Shown in pieces: positions 19,949 through 29,863 of a DNA stretch of 64,000 nt (position 1 is the stretch's first letter; every line of letters starts with the position of its first letter). Both the position numbers and the translations under genes were made by a program. The notes under the pieces were generated by a model, which was not told where the DNA came from, made no database searches, and saw only the letters and a list, made by a program, of their open reading frames with translations. Origin of the DNA: an uncultured Methanomicrobiales archaeon (GTDB lineage Archaea; Halobacteriota; Methanomicrobia; Methanomicrobiales; Methanospirillaceae); NCBI GenBank assembly GCA_963697895.1, contig OY969100.1, positions 864,001 through 928,000 on the forward strand, in the 5' to 3' direction.

Positions 19949-21342
19949 ACCGGTCTCCGCTTGAGCAGCAGGTGCTCGAAAGGATACGACCTTCACCTGC
20001 GGAGAGAAAACACGTCGAGGTGATTGCCGGCCGGATCATCCAGATAATTGAGGGGCGGGGTGTTCCGGCGATGGTCGTCGGTTCCGTCGCGCGGCATACC
20101 TGGGTCTCCGGTGACAGAGATCTGGATATTTTTATGCTGTTTGATCCCGGACTCCCGCGGGAAGAGCTGGAGAGACAGGGGCTCTCACTCGCCCGTGAAG
20201 TCACTACACTATTCGGAGCTGTCTACCGAGAGAAATATGCCGAACACCCTTATATCAACGCATGTATCGAAGAGATCGATGTAGACCTGGTACCTTGTTA
20301 CCTGCTGGAAAATGCCCGGACGATCCAGTCGGCAGTAGATCGCACGCCATTTCATACCCGGTATATCCAGGAGCGAATTGAACCGTATATCGATGATGTG
20401 CTGCTCCTAAAGCAGTTCTCGAAAGCGGGAGGCGTCTACGGATCGGATCAGATGACAGAGGGGTTTTCCGGGTATCTCACTGAACTTCTGATCCTCATGT
20501 ACGGGGGGTTTATCCCGGTTCTTGAAGCCGCCTCACAATGGCGACCCGGCACGATCATCGATCCTGAGAAACACCGCGCAAAGGAGTTCGGTGAACCGCT
20601 CGTGGTGGTGGACCCGGTCGATCCGGAGCGGAACGTATCGGCATCGGTTTCGCTGACACGGATGTACGAATTCGTGGAGCTGGCACGGGGATACCTCTCT
20701 TCACCGTCGCGGTCATTTTTCTTCCCACCGGACCAGGCACCCGGCGACTACGGCGAATTCAGGGCTGAACGAGCCCGGCGGGGCACCCCGCTCTATGCTC
20801 TTCGGTTTGCTACGCCACCCTATATCGAGGATATCGTAGTGCCGCAGCTCAGGAAGAGTACCGAGGCGGTCTGTGATCTCCTGGGACGTCACGGGTTCAG
20901 CGTCAATCGGGCCGACTATTGCATGGGATCTGATGAGTGTATGCTCATCTTCGAGCTTCTGGTCGACCGGCTTCCCACCGTAAAGAGGCATGCAGGGCCT
21001 CCCCTCTGGAACCGGGGCAATGCTGAAAAATTTGCGGCTAAATATCAGGATAACCGGATCCCTTCCCAATATTCAGGTCCATACATCGAAGATGGGTGTT
21101 ACATGGTCGAGATCTCCCGACGATTCATTTGTGCAGGCGATCTCCTTCGTTCCCATGAGGTGCTGGATGTGGGACTCGGGAAACACGTGAAACAGAGTAT
21201 GAGAGAACGATGGGATCTGGACGAGGGCGATGGATGCTGGCATGAGCAGTACCGTACGTTTTTGAGCGAATTCTTCGTGAAATCTTCACCCCTCGTTCGC
21301 ATACGCAGATTGGATCGGATTGATACAGGAGATCCCATCTGA
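19945..21342 (+). CDS. cca: Archaeal CCA-adding enzyme (class I)
   Basis: VGSVARHTW...DRDLDIF, YAEHPY, DLVPCY, SAVDRTPFH, GFSGY, DPVDPERNV. Confidence 0.95.
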   Translation: MNRSPLEQQVLERIRPSPAERKHVEVIAGRIIQIIEGRGVPAMVVGSVARHTWVSGDRDLDIFMLFDPGLPREELERQGLSLAREVTTLFGAVYREKYAEHPYINACIEEIDVDLVPCYLLENARTIQSAVDRTPFHTRYIQERIEPYIDDVLLLKQFSKAGGVYGSDQMTEGFSGYLTELLILMYGGFIPVLEAASQWRPGTIIDPEKHRAKEFGEPLVVVDPVDPERNVSASVSLTRMYEFVELARGYLSSPSRSFFFPPDQAPGDYGEFRAERARRGTPLYALRFATPPYIEDIVVPQLRKSTEAVCDLLGRHGFSVNRADYCMGSDECMLIFELLVDRLPTVKRHAGPPLWNRGNAEKFAAKYQDNRIPSQYSGPYIEDGCYMVEISRRFICAGDLLRSHEVLDVGLGKHVKQSMRERWDLDEGDGCWHEQYRTFLSEFFVKSSPLVRIRRLDRIDTGDPI

Positions 21343-21496
21343 TCTGAATTTCCGGCTATCTTTTCATGTGGTGGAGAATAACACGATAGGATACGCTATC
21401 TTCATAAGTTTGCACAGAAAAGACACAGTATAACAGGATTTATACCAATATCACTCCTGGTATCACCTGATTGAATAGTTCAGGGAAGAATGAAAG

Positions 21497-21895
21497 ATGG
21501 ATCGGGATGCTGCGTTATCGAAACATATTCTGCTGATCGTCATTGTAGCAATGGTCGTTATCGGAATTATTACTATATTTATATTTTTAATTCAGCCTGC
21601 GCAGGAGACGAACCCTCGTTTCAATGCTACGATTGAATCATCGGGAAAGACTGTGTACCTCTATCATGACGGAGGCGATCCGGTCAGTAAAGGCACGATC
21701 GCCATCCGGATAAACGGGGAAGAAGTCCCGCAATCGGCAATCAGCTTCCTGCACTCCCAGGATTGGCCATGGTCGGTCGGAAAAACCCTCAAAGTGGATT
21801 ATTCCGGAAGTGATCTTCCCCGGGATGTACAGATTATCGTAGTGAATGGACAGTCGAGGACGGTAATCTCCCGATCACTCTCGAATAGCCGGTGA
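21497..21895 (+). CDS. Archaeal type IV pilin-like N-terminal domain protein (possibly truncated)
   Basis: D-A-A followed by a hydrophobic helix (class III signal-like); YLYHDGGDP and WSVGKTL motifs. Confidence 0.65.
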   Translation: MDRDAALSKHILLIVIVAMVVIGIITIFIFLIQPAQETNPRFNATIESSGKTVYLYHDGGDPVSKGTIAIRINGEEVPQSAISFLHSQDWPWSVGKTLKVDYSGSDLPRDVQIIVVNGQSRTVISRSLSNSR

Positions 21896-22350
21896 CCCTG
21901 TTACCCATTCTGAGATATCGGAGGCATTCATTGGAATCGATAATTATCCCGCTATCGCTCATGTACTATATCCCAGACGAAACGTGACTACAGTTATGAC
22001 GCCGATAACGAAGGGGGTGACCGGAAATCAACAGAACCGAAACCTCCGGTCGCCAAAGGGAACCAGAGTTTCACCGCGTTCAACTTAAAACCCGATTCAT
22101 CGGGAAAATGTATCTATTCCCCGTATTTGAAAGTCTCAATTATGATGGAGGAGCAGACGGGTACATATCCCAGTAATGTCCAATTTCTCATTTTAATCAA
22201 GGATTCCTTCTTTCCGCAATTCATTGCAAGAGAAATAACGGGAGGATTTCTTGAACACGTGTTCATTTCTTACCCGATATCTCTAAAACCGGATATCGCA
22301 AACTATTTTATGAAAGGGAGCGAATACGAGCGGTTAAGGATTGAGATCTT

Positions 22351-22929
22351 ATGGAAGACATGCACGCCCCCTGGTACGGATATATCGGAATAACGGTGTT
22401 CCTCGTTATCATCATTGCATTGCTCTCCGCCTTTGCAATCATCCCCGCTCCCACTCTGCCGGGGGTCTCCGCGCTCTATATTGCGGTCGGTTTCATGATC
22501 GCGTTCACGCTCTGGTTCGGGGACTGGGGTGCAATCGCCACCTATGCCGGCGGTCTGATCGGAACGGCAATGACTTCGGGAATTCCCCTGTTCATCCTCT
22601 TTTATGTCCTCCTGGCCAACCTCTGGCAGGTCATGATCCCCCTGACGGCGTTTCGGTATTTTAATGCAGATCCCGGACTCGTTACCCGGTATGACTGGAA
22701 GATATACCTGATCTTCGGCCTGCTCCTCAATAATCTGGTCGGGGCGATATGGGGCGCAGGGACCCTGCTCCTGGGCGGGATTATCAGCACAGATCAGGTA
22801 TGGTTAACATTCTCCGTCTGGTTTGGAGGAAATCTTCTGGTCACCCTGGTGATCACGACGCTGTTGCTCCTGTTTGTCACTCCGCGGTTGAGGCATTCCC
22901 CCTATCTGGTTAAAAAGTGGTGGTGCTGA
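22351..22929 (+). CDS. Multi-TM membrane protein (MASE1-like)
   Basis: About 6 hydrophobic helices; LWFG.WG and W..GN motifs. Confidence 0.65.
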   Translation: MEDMHAPWYGYIGITVFLVIIIALLSAFAIIPAPTLPGVSALYIAVGFMIAFTLWFGDWGAIATYAGGLIGTAMTSGIPLFILFYVLLANLWQVMIPLTAFRYFNADPGLVTRYDWKIYLIFGLLLNNLVGAIWGAGTLLLGGIISTDQVWLTFSVWFGGNLLVTLVITTLLLLFVTPRLRHSPYLVKKWWC

Positions 22930-23099
22930 AAGAAGATTTATTTAGAAAAATAGGATTTATTTTTTGGAATCAAACCCTTTCATGTTCCATCCATTTATAT
23001 TACATCGATTCAAATCATCATGGATTTGCAGTGTACTGCATCAGGAAGGCAAAAAATTGATGGTGAAGACCGGTGATATATGAGGATTTATCCCCTTTG

Positions 23100-24215
23100 T
23101 CAGCCATTCTTCCGTGCGATGAAAACGACTGCTGCCAGTGCCGCTATGGCAATGAATCCCGGGAGACCGGTGGTGGTCGGGGGAGAAGAGGGAGGGTGTG
23201 TTGGGGAAGCGGTCACTGGCACGAGAGCGAATGGGGACATAGTCACCTGGCCTGCCTGGACCTGCACGGTCGTTGTGAAATCCTGATACCCCGGAAGTTT
23301 CAGGGCGAGGGTATGCGATCCGGCGGATACGTCAGGGATGGTGATCGGTGCGATGCCCTGGAACCGGTCATCGAGGTAGACCTGCGCCCCGGCAGGGTCG
23401 GATGTGACCAGTATCGTCCCGCTTAGTGGTGGTTGCGGAAGCGGGACAAGGATCGGTGAACTGAACGTACTCTCACCTACATTCACCTGTACCGTAGTCT
23501 GATAATCCTCAAACCCGTTTAACCTGAATTCAAGGACATGGCTACCGGAAGGTACGCCAATAATGTCGATGATGCTATTCTGGACGGTGAATCCCTCGTA
23601 TGCCCCGTCCAGATAGATCGAGGCCCCGGGTGGCTGGGTGGAGACTCCGATCGTTCCCATTCCCCGGGAAGGACCCTGCACGAGCGTCGCGGAGAGGGTG
23701 GTCGTCTGCCCGGCCTGGACAGAGACCATACTCGAATACGGTTCATACCCGATGAAAAAGAGATTAACCTGATGGGTTCCCGGTGCAAGACCCCCCACGG
23801 TGACCGGTGCGTCCCCTTCGAAATTTCCGTCCACGTATACATCAGCGCCTCTCGGGCTCGAATCGACATATATGAGGCCCGGGTTGGGGATGGGGGCCAG
23901 TTCTGCGACGACTGGAATCGTGCTGCCGGAGGTCACATTGACCAATGTCACAAAGACCTGGTACCCGGGATAAGAGACTTCTATCTGGTGTGATCCGACC
24001 GGCACACCCGCGTATGTCCAGGGCGTGGTCCGGGCACCATTCCCGTCCAGGCTGACATATGCGACGGGCAGATTGGATGTCACGGTTATCGAACCGGTCA
24101 TTCCTCCCGTTTCGATGGTCGCTGTTATCGGAGACGGGACGGCAAGAGTATAACATTGAATACATAATATCGCAAATGCCAAGGCAATGGCTGTGGTCAT
24201 GCTAGAAGATCTCAT
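23100..24215 (-). CDS. PEGA-repeat surface protein with PGF-CTERM
   Basis: Four PEGA repeats (S.P.GA.VY.DG...G..P.....G.H......GY), Thr-rich linker, C-terminal LPGF-TM-RK. Confidence 0.9.
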   Translation of the reverse strand: MRSSSMTTAIALAFAILCIQCYTLAVPSPITATIETGGMTGSITVTSNLPVAYVSLDGNGARTTPWTYAGVPVGSHQIEVSYPGYQVFVTLVNVTSGSTIPVVAELAPIPNPGLIYVDSSPRGADVYVDGNFEGDAPVTVGGLAPGTHQVNLFFIGYEPYSSMVSVQAGQTTTLSATLVQGPSRGMGTIGVSTQPPGASIYLDGAYEGFTVQNSIIDIIGVPSGSHVLEFRLNGFEDYQTTVQVNVGESTFSSPILVPLPQPPLSGTILVTSDPAGAQVYLDDRFQGIAPITIPDVSAGSHTLALKLPGYQDFTTTVQVQAGQVTMSPFALVPVTASPTHPPSSPPTTTGLPGFIAIAALAAVVFIARKNG

Positions 24216-24371
24216 TCTGAAACTCACCTTCTCGAATGGTACCAATCCGTCTATAATCACTTAACCATTTCCCGCCCCGGGTTACGTAAAGGGCGCGGAT
24301 AGGAGCCCATTCGATCGACAATGGGAACGATTAACACATGAATTTTTTTTAATGAAACCGGGTACGGTTTG

Positions 24372-24851
24372 CTACTTTCGGACGATATAGCCAGCATTCA
24401 TCAGAAGACGGGCTGTCTCGTCGATCCACTTCAGCTCATCCAGCTCCCGCAGATTCGTTACCTGTGCGTTCCAGAGTTTGCGCAACCAGGTATCTTCAGT
24501 ACAGAGGTGTCTGCTCCCCATAACCCGTCCCAACTTTTTCCCACCGGCAAAGATATGAATCCGGCTGCAATAAAACTCGGAACAGACTTCCGGGCGGGTC
24601 AGGTAAATGATACAGCACGTCTTCCCGGACCCATGGTCGAACCGGAGAAACGGGCACTGCTCCAATGATCGAGGTGCTCCATCAGCTTCGAAGAGATGGA
24701 TCTTGTCGGGATCGACGGTTACCGTAGATGTTTCACCCGTATACCGGTTCGTTAGTGAAAATTCGTAGGGAGAACCCTTGCGTCGGATCTGATAAACAAG
24801 CCCCATCTGACTGCAACATTCACCGCACTGATCACACCACATGAAAGGCAA
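24372..24851 (-). CDS. YkgJ/CxxCxxCC cysteine-cluster protein
   Basis: CDQCGECC...CPFL...C.IY..RPEVC..F. Confidence 0.85.
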   Translation of the reverse strand: MPFMWCDQCGECCSQMGLVYQIRRKGSPYEFSLTNRYTGETSTVTVDPDKIHLFEADGAPRSLEQCPFLRFDHGSGKTCCIIYLTRPEVCSEFYCSRIHIFAGGKKLGRVMGSRHLCTEDTWLRKLWNAQVTNLRELDELKWIDETARLLMNAGYIVRK

Positions 24852-24863
24852 GCGATAGTATCT

Positions 24864-25511
24864 TCACTTCCTCCGGATGCAGAAAACAATGACAGAAAAC
24901 AATGCAGCAATCACGACCATCCCTCCCAGTGAGGTTGTTGTCGGAGGCGGAGTGGTCGGGCTCGTGGACGGAATGGTGGTCGGAGCAGAAGTCGGAACCG
25001 AGGTCGCCGGTACAGTCGTCATCGTGGGGGTAGCCGCAACGACGCTGAAATTCGTGGAGCTGGTAACGGATACCGTTATCCCCGTGACCAGGACGACATA
25101 GTCATCCGGGATCCAGCCGGTGGTATCCACCGGGAACTGCCAGGTATTCACGCTTCCGGTGCCTTCCTTCACGATGACGACTCCGGATACGCCGGAGAAT
25201 CCACCGCCTTCCCCTTTCGGGGTCGGCCCGAACGAGGAAGATGTTATCTCCACCTGTAACTGGTCCCCGGGCGCGAGGTTCGTCGTCCCGGAGAGGATAA
25301 ACGATTGCCCGACGGTTATCGTCCCGATCGGGGCGATCATCAGCTGAGGGTCTCCAGCAGCTTCGGTGGCCGCAATGACGGGAGCGATCAGGAAACAAAG
25401 TGCCAACGCGATCGCATAGTGAGCGAGTCTTCTCTTGTTTAGACGGGTTATTCCGCCGCGATAGGGGGTATTATTTCTTAAATGTGCGTAGGTTTTGAAC
25501 ATCGTGTACAC
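24864..25511 (-). CDS. S-layer-associated Ig-like surface protein with C-terminal sorting TM (start uncertain)
   Basis: Signal peptide, F.LSGTTNL.PG...VE...SF.P module, Thr/Pro linker, TM followed by RRK. Confidence 0.75.
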   Translation of the reverse strand: MYTMFKTYAHLRNNTPYRGGITRLNKRRLAHYAIALALCFLIAPVIAATEAAGDPQLMIAPIGTITVGQSFILSGTTNLAPGDQLQVEITSSSFGPTPKGEGGGFSGVSGVVIVKEGTGSVNTWQFPVDTTGWIPDDYVVLVTGITVSVTSSTNFSVVAATPTMTTVPATSVPTSAPTTIPSTSPTTPPPTTTSLGGMVVIAALFSVIVFCIRRK

Positions 25512-25658
25512 CCCACGGAGTTGATCAGGATCTTACCTCAACGTTTGTTGGATGATTGAGACAATGGTATATGAGGTTGTCTATTAAAATATTCTCAAAA
25601 ACCAGGAGATCACCGTGGGAGACTTTTTCGGTAATGTTTCACCCGGGGTCGTGTTCGG

Positions 25659-26471
25659 TTATTGTTCGATTAATTGAGATCGATCCCTATAATAGTTGAA
25701 AAGACCCTCCCCCCATTCTATCGCTTTTTTCTCTCCTGAGAAAAGATCTGAGGAACTATCGTACAATTTCCCATCGATCTTGAAGAGTCCCAGGGAGAGA
25801 TATTTATCGGTAACGGTGAGGCCTACTTTCAAAGGTCCCTTCGTTACCCATATCTTGAAGTTAGGGTAAGGAGCAACGATCTTCGAAAATTCCCTGTACG
25901 GCTCCTGGTTCAGGTAGGGAATCACATCCTCACTCACCACCAACTCGACAGGTGTTCCGGCAATAATCCTTTCAGTAAGTACTTCTACCAGCCCCGGGCT
26001 CATCACTGATGAAATGCCGTGAATATATGCAGCTTCTTTGACGATCTTCAGATAATGCGAAAAAACGAGGTGGATATCCACTTGGGTATCCAGTTTTATT
26101 TCAGCCTCCTGAAGGTCTCCAATACATGCAAGGAATTCCTCTGGCAGGCCGGTGAGATCATGCGAACTCCAGAACTCCCGGTGTCGTTCGATTCCCCCCA
26201 TGATCATGACAAAACCCGAAACCCTGGTCGCCACTATCTTTCCGAGTGGTGTCAGGGAGTATTCATAATTCCGGGCCTCGATCAGCATCTGCGATTCAAG
26301 ATTCCGAATCTTCGGGATGAGCGCCTGCGAAGTGCTGCCGGTCACTTCCCTCAGTTTCGATAAGGAAGTATTACCCGAGAGGAGAGAGAGGAGGATCTGA
26401 ATTTTTAGCCGCGAGCTATAGATAGAGTGAATGAATTTGTGATGCTGGTCATAGCTGTCAAGCGGCGTCAT
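25659..26471 (-). CDS. Winged-HTH transcriptional regulator with DUF1724-type C-terminal domain
   Basis: S.LK..ILLSL...L..LR..TG.TSQAL.P.IR.LE...Y.LT.LG; FW..HD...LP..F...IG.L; LTVTD...SLGL....G.YD; A..WG..LF.YY. Confidence 0.85.
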   Translation of the reverse strand: MTPLDSYDQHHKFIHSIYSSRLKIQILLSLLSGNTSLSKLREVTGSTSQALIPKIRNLESQMLIEARNYEYSLTPLGKIVATRVSGFVMIMGGIERHREFWSSHDLTGLPEEFLACIGDLQEAEIKLDTQVDIHLVFSHYLKIVKEAAYIHGISSVMSPGLVEVLTERIIAGTPVELVVSEDVIPYLNQEPYREFSKIVAPYPNFKIWVTKGPLKVGLTVTDKYLSLGLFKIDGKLYDSSSDLFSGEKKAIEWGEGLFNYYRDRSQLIEQ

Positions 26472-26505
26472 GGCTTATTCAGGCACTAACAATAATCTTG
26501 CAAAT

Positions 26506-26524
26506 GAATGAATATATTTCATTC
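26506..26524. promoter_or_regulatory. GAATGAA-TATAT-TTCATTC inverted repeat over the regulator's TATA region
   Basis: Perfect 7-bp arms about 35-50 bp upstream of ATG 26471. Confidence 0.45.
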
Positions 26525-26602
26525 GGTTCTTTTTTTTAAGCCGAAAAAAAAGGTTTTCCGGAATTTTGTGAAGAGGAATAATTATTGTAAAAAGTATATG
26601 TA

Positions 26603-27574
26603 TTAGAGAATTCCACCGATTGCAGAAATGATGGCAATACCACCGCCGAAAAGGATGAACTGGCCGTCTGACATAAAATCACAAATGACATTCGTTGGTA
26701 TCAGGCGTCCCATCGACCAGATACAAAATTGGGTGTATAGGACTGCAGTAAGGAGGAGGGTTGTAACTGCTACCGGAAGAGTACGGATACCGAAGAAAAC
26801 GACCAGACACCCAAAGACAACGTTAACTCCGATGAGCAGTACTTTTGTTAATTTTACCCCTATCGTAACGGGAATAGTTCGTACGCCGGTAATGGCATCG
26901 CCTTCGCGGTCGCGAATATCGGGAAGGATAGAGGCGATGAATACATAGCTTCCAAAGAAAAGCAATGCAATACCCGTGCTGAATCCTATGGAAGCTCCGG
27001 TCATATATACAGGAAGAAGGGAAAGCGGCAAAGACCATGCAAGGGCGACAACAAGATTTTTTACCACGGGAATTTCCTTCAATCTTCGATACCCCCACTG
27101 TGCCGGCAGAAGAGGGACGCTATAGAGGATTCCACTGATCAGTGGGATAGTTATGATAATGAGGGATGGTAATCCGTAAAATGCACCAATTATCAGCGCA
27201 AATCCATATGCGGCCAGTGCCGAATAGAAAAGGGGTTTTTCAAATTTTTTTGTAAAGACAAACCGCTCCTGATGATTAATCTCATCCTCCTGCTCGTCCG
27301 TTTTTCGATTCATGTTGTAGACAGAGAATGATACAAGTGCCATTACCATCAGGATGGGAACATTCCAGTCGATTCCCTGGATGAAACACGACGTGTATAC
27401 CATTCCAGCCGCGGCAATAGCAACATAGATCGAACTGAACATGATGAAATCGAGGATCAACCGTAGTCGCCGGACAATACTATCCCTGAGATCATTCCCG
27501 TACCAGGGAAAGATAATTGACTTCTCCTCGAATGAATACGCCATGGTGAAAATAGTACCGTCAAACATTAACAT
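26603..27574 (-). CDS. UbiA-family prenyltransferase
   Basis: YNMNRKTDEQEDEINHQER, YS.P, RLKEIP..KN, DIRDREGD...GVRTIPV. Confidence 0.88.
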   Translation of the reverse strand: MLMFDGTIFTMAYSFEEKSIIFPWYGNDLRDSIVRRLRLILDFIMFSSIYVAIAAAGMVYTSCFIQGIDWNVPILMVMALVSFSVYNMNRKTDEQEDEINHQERFVFTKKFEKPLFYSALAAYGFALIIGAFYGLPSLIIITIPLISGILYSVPLLPAQWGYRRLKEIPVVKNLVVALAWSLPLSLLPVYMTGASIGFSTGIALLFFGSYVFIASILPDIRDREGDAITGVRTIPVTIGVKLTKVLLIGVNVVFGCLVVFFGIRTLPVAVTTLLLTAVLYTQFCIWSMGRLIPTNVICDFMSDGQFILFGGGIAIISAIGGIL

Positions 27575-27616
27575 TCATTATGCTGATGAAGAGTGCTCAG
27601 GCTGATGAATGTTAAT
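27567..27616. repeat. 12-bp perfect inverted repeat (ATTAACATTCAT / ATGAATGTTAAT) with GCTGATGAA direct repeats
   Basis: Arms at 27567-27578 and 27605-27616; GCTGATGAA at 27582 and 27601, GCGATGAA at 27621. Confidence 0.6.
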
Positions 27617-27805
27617 CGCAGCGATGAATCTACAACGTCGTGATAAATAAATCAATACAGGGATAAGGTTAATCTCGGTGGCAAAAGGTGTTGAAAGGAA
27701 AGAATGTTTCCCACCATTTACCTGGGTTTAAGGGGAATTATACCTTCATAGCGATAAACCTTTCTCCGGACCTTTTGCCGCCAGAAGATGGGTGGGGAAT
27801 GACAA

Positions 27806-28243
27806 ATGGAGTATGAGCGGGCATCACGCGTCGGCGAACTGTTTCTGGAGTTGCTCCTCGCAACGCAGGTATTGGCGCCAGGAGAGGCGGAATCAGAAGA
27901 AGTCTTCATGATGAACAAACATCTGCTGAAACAATACGGTATTGTGGTGAATGACCTCTCGACCACGATCCTTGAGTGCAGCAAGATTGGATCGAACATC
28001 ATTCTCATCGGGAAATTCTCCTTTGATATCGAAAAAATGCTGGATGGGCGACTGGAGCGGATGAAATCAGAGGGCATTATTACCGGAAAGATCAATGATA
28101 TCGGCGAAGTTTATATAAAATTTATGGGAAACCACTTTAAATTTGATATAAAAATCGCCAGTATCAAAGAGATCCCGGGGGCGATCCCGATCTACAATGC
28201 CAAAATGGAGAGAAATATCTCCGGGATCGGCGAGGTGTTTTGA
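27806..28243 (+). CDS. Hypothetical protein
   Basis: 145-aa ORF with a purine-rich RBS region and protein-like composition. Confidence 0.7.
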   Translation: MEYERASRVGELFLELLLATQVLAPGEAESEEVFMMNKHLLKQYGIVVNDLSTTILECSKIGSNIILIGKFSFDIEKMLDGRLERMKSEGIITGKINDIGEVYIKFMGNHFKFDIKIASIKEIPGAIPIYNAKMERNISGIGEVF

Positions 28244-28570
28244 AAGTCACGTCAGGTCAGGTACGAAGATAACTCTGTTCTTCTTTCAGTTATCAGCATT
28301 GTGGTCCCGCACCATGATGCGCCCCATAACATCTTCTTTTCTCAAAAGGGGGTCCTGATTACAAACCAGAAGTTTTTCCGGATTCATTTGTTCAGCATGT
28401 AATCTCCAGCTCATCTGAATGTCCTTGAGGAAATAGTTATAGGCGCCCGGATACCATTTCTGTCATACGCGGGTCTGAGGAAAACCGATCGGGTTCTTTT
28501 TTGCAGTATGGTTCGCCCGCTGCAATTATCGATCAGCCCTGACCCGTTAACGCAGGAGGAGAAACAAGTG

Positions 28571-29467
28571 ATGCACCGGAGGATTATGCTGGCAGGGATC
28601 CTGATCTGTATGTGTTTTATCATCCCGATCCAGGCCGAATTATCCGAGAAAATAAGCATATACCAGACGGACTTTTCCACGAATCCCAATTGGACGACGA
28701 ATAATCCTACCCGTTACTACTGGAACAGCACGAACGAAATGTATCATTATTTTGTCGAGGGAGGTACGGGGGGATACACAAATGTTCCGGTACCGCATGA
28801 TGAAAACTTCTCTTTGCTCGTCCTCGAATATGACATCATCCCCATCAGAACCGACATCGATAGTGCATTCCGGCTCGATCTCACCGGGACCGACATGAAT
28901 ATCAACAAAGGGCCATCGATAATTTCTGAGTTCTCGAACAAAAGGGATCTCCATACAATGTGGCTTCGTGTAATCACGCAGAACAGCAATTTAAAGGAGG
29001 TTGGAAGCCTTACATCGGCATATCCGGGAGAGACGAAGACATTTGAGGATAATACGACCTACCATGTAACCGTCCGATATAACAAGGATTCCGGTTCTGC
29101 AGATATAAAGATAGAGAGTAACAATACTCCTGTATGGGGGTATTTCCTTAGTACCGATCAGGAACTGCTCTTCCTGGATGTGCTCGCGATCACTTCCGTC
29201 GGTGATTACGGCAACATCGGCCATTCCGCGGAGGGATATATAGATAACGTGGATCTCTATATGTATCAGCAGGTAGAACCGACACCGGCAGAAACCACGA
29301 TTTCATCGACACCAATCCCTTCTCTGACAATAGTCACAACGAGTGTTCCCCAGACGGCGATCCCAACCACTACCCAGGCAGCCTCCGGTCTCTGGATTCC
29401 GGTTACGGCAGGGTTGATCATCGGTCTGCTCTCGGTATTATGGAGAACCGGTGGAAAGAACCATTAA
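28571..29467 (+). CDS. Secreted beta-rich (lectin/LamG-like) surface protein with Thr-rich linker and C-terminal TM
   Basis: GGAGG upstream of MHRRIML signal peptide; Y.TDF...P.W.TNN, GYIDNV.L; C-terminal TM with basic tail. Confidence 0.75.
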   Translation: MHRRIMLAGILICMCFIIPIQAELSEKISIYQTDFSTNPNWTTNNPTRYYWNSTNEMYHYFVEGGTGGYTNVPVPHDENFSLLVLEYDIIPIRTDIDSAFRLDLTGTDMNINKGPSIISEFSNKRDLHTMWLRVITQNSNLKEVGSLTSAYPGETKTFEDNTTYHVTVRYNKDSGSADIKIESNNTPVWGYFLSTDQELLFLDVLAITSVGDYGNIGHSAEGYIDNVDLYMYQQVEPTPAETTISSTPIPSLTIVTTSVPQTAIPTTTQAASGLWIPVTAGLIIGLLSVLWRTGGKNH

Positions 29468-29614
29468 CCGATTCGGTATCACAATGGCTTTGTCGGGGGA
29501 TAACTGGATTTTTCGGGGAAATAGCGGGAAGAGGATCCTGAACCGCTCTGACGATCGGGTTATTCCGTCGTCTGTCCGGCGTGAAAATTAAGAAAAATAA
29601 CACAATCTCCGAGA

Positions 29615-29699
29615 TGCGAGGGATGGGATTTGAACCCAAGAACTCCTTCGAGACAAGGCCCTCAACCTTGCGCCTTTGACCTGGCTCGGCAACCCTCGC
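29615..29699 (-). tRNA. trnL: tRNA-Leu(GAG), 85 nt, no encoded CCA, no intron
   Basis: Reverse complement GCGAGGGTTGCCGAGCCAGGTCAAAGGCGCAAGGTT-GAG-GGCCTTG...GGTTCAAATCCCATCCCTCGCA: acceptor stem, D arm, anticodon arm, long variable arm, T loop. Confidence 0.95.
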
Positions 29700-29863
29700 A
29701 CACGCCATATGAATGAGGATGTCTATCTAAAATAAGGTATCTCTTCTTTCCCCCACCAGATCGGGGGGTCCGGGAAGGCAGTTGCAATTTAATAGATTTC
29801 GTCCATCAGCGGGTAAAATGCATCATCGATGTCTATAAATATACATCTTCCCACTTCTCTGTC

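Noticed and set aside
27582-27630. CTGATGA motifs as a hammerhead ribozyme or C/D-box sRNA
   Set aside because: No stem II followed by GAAA; D'/C' would overlap and there is no terminal CTGA; better explained as DNA repeats
29615-29640. tRNA-Leu 3' end as an att site of an integrated element
   Set aside because: No duplicate of the tRNA 3' end, integrase or phage/plasmid gene seen in the window
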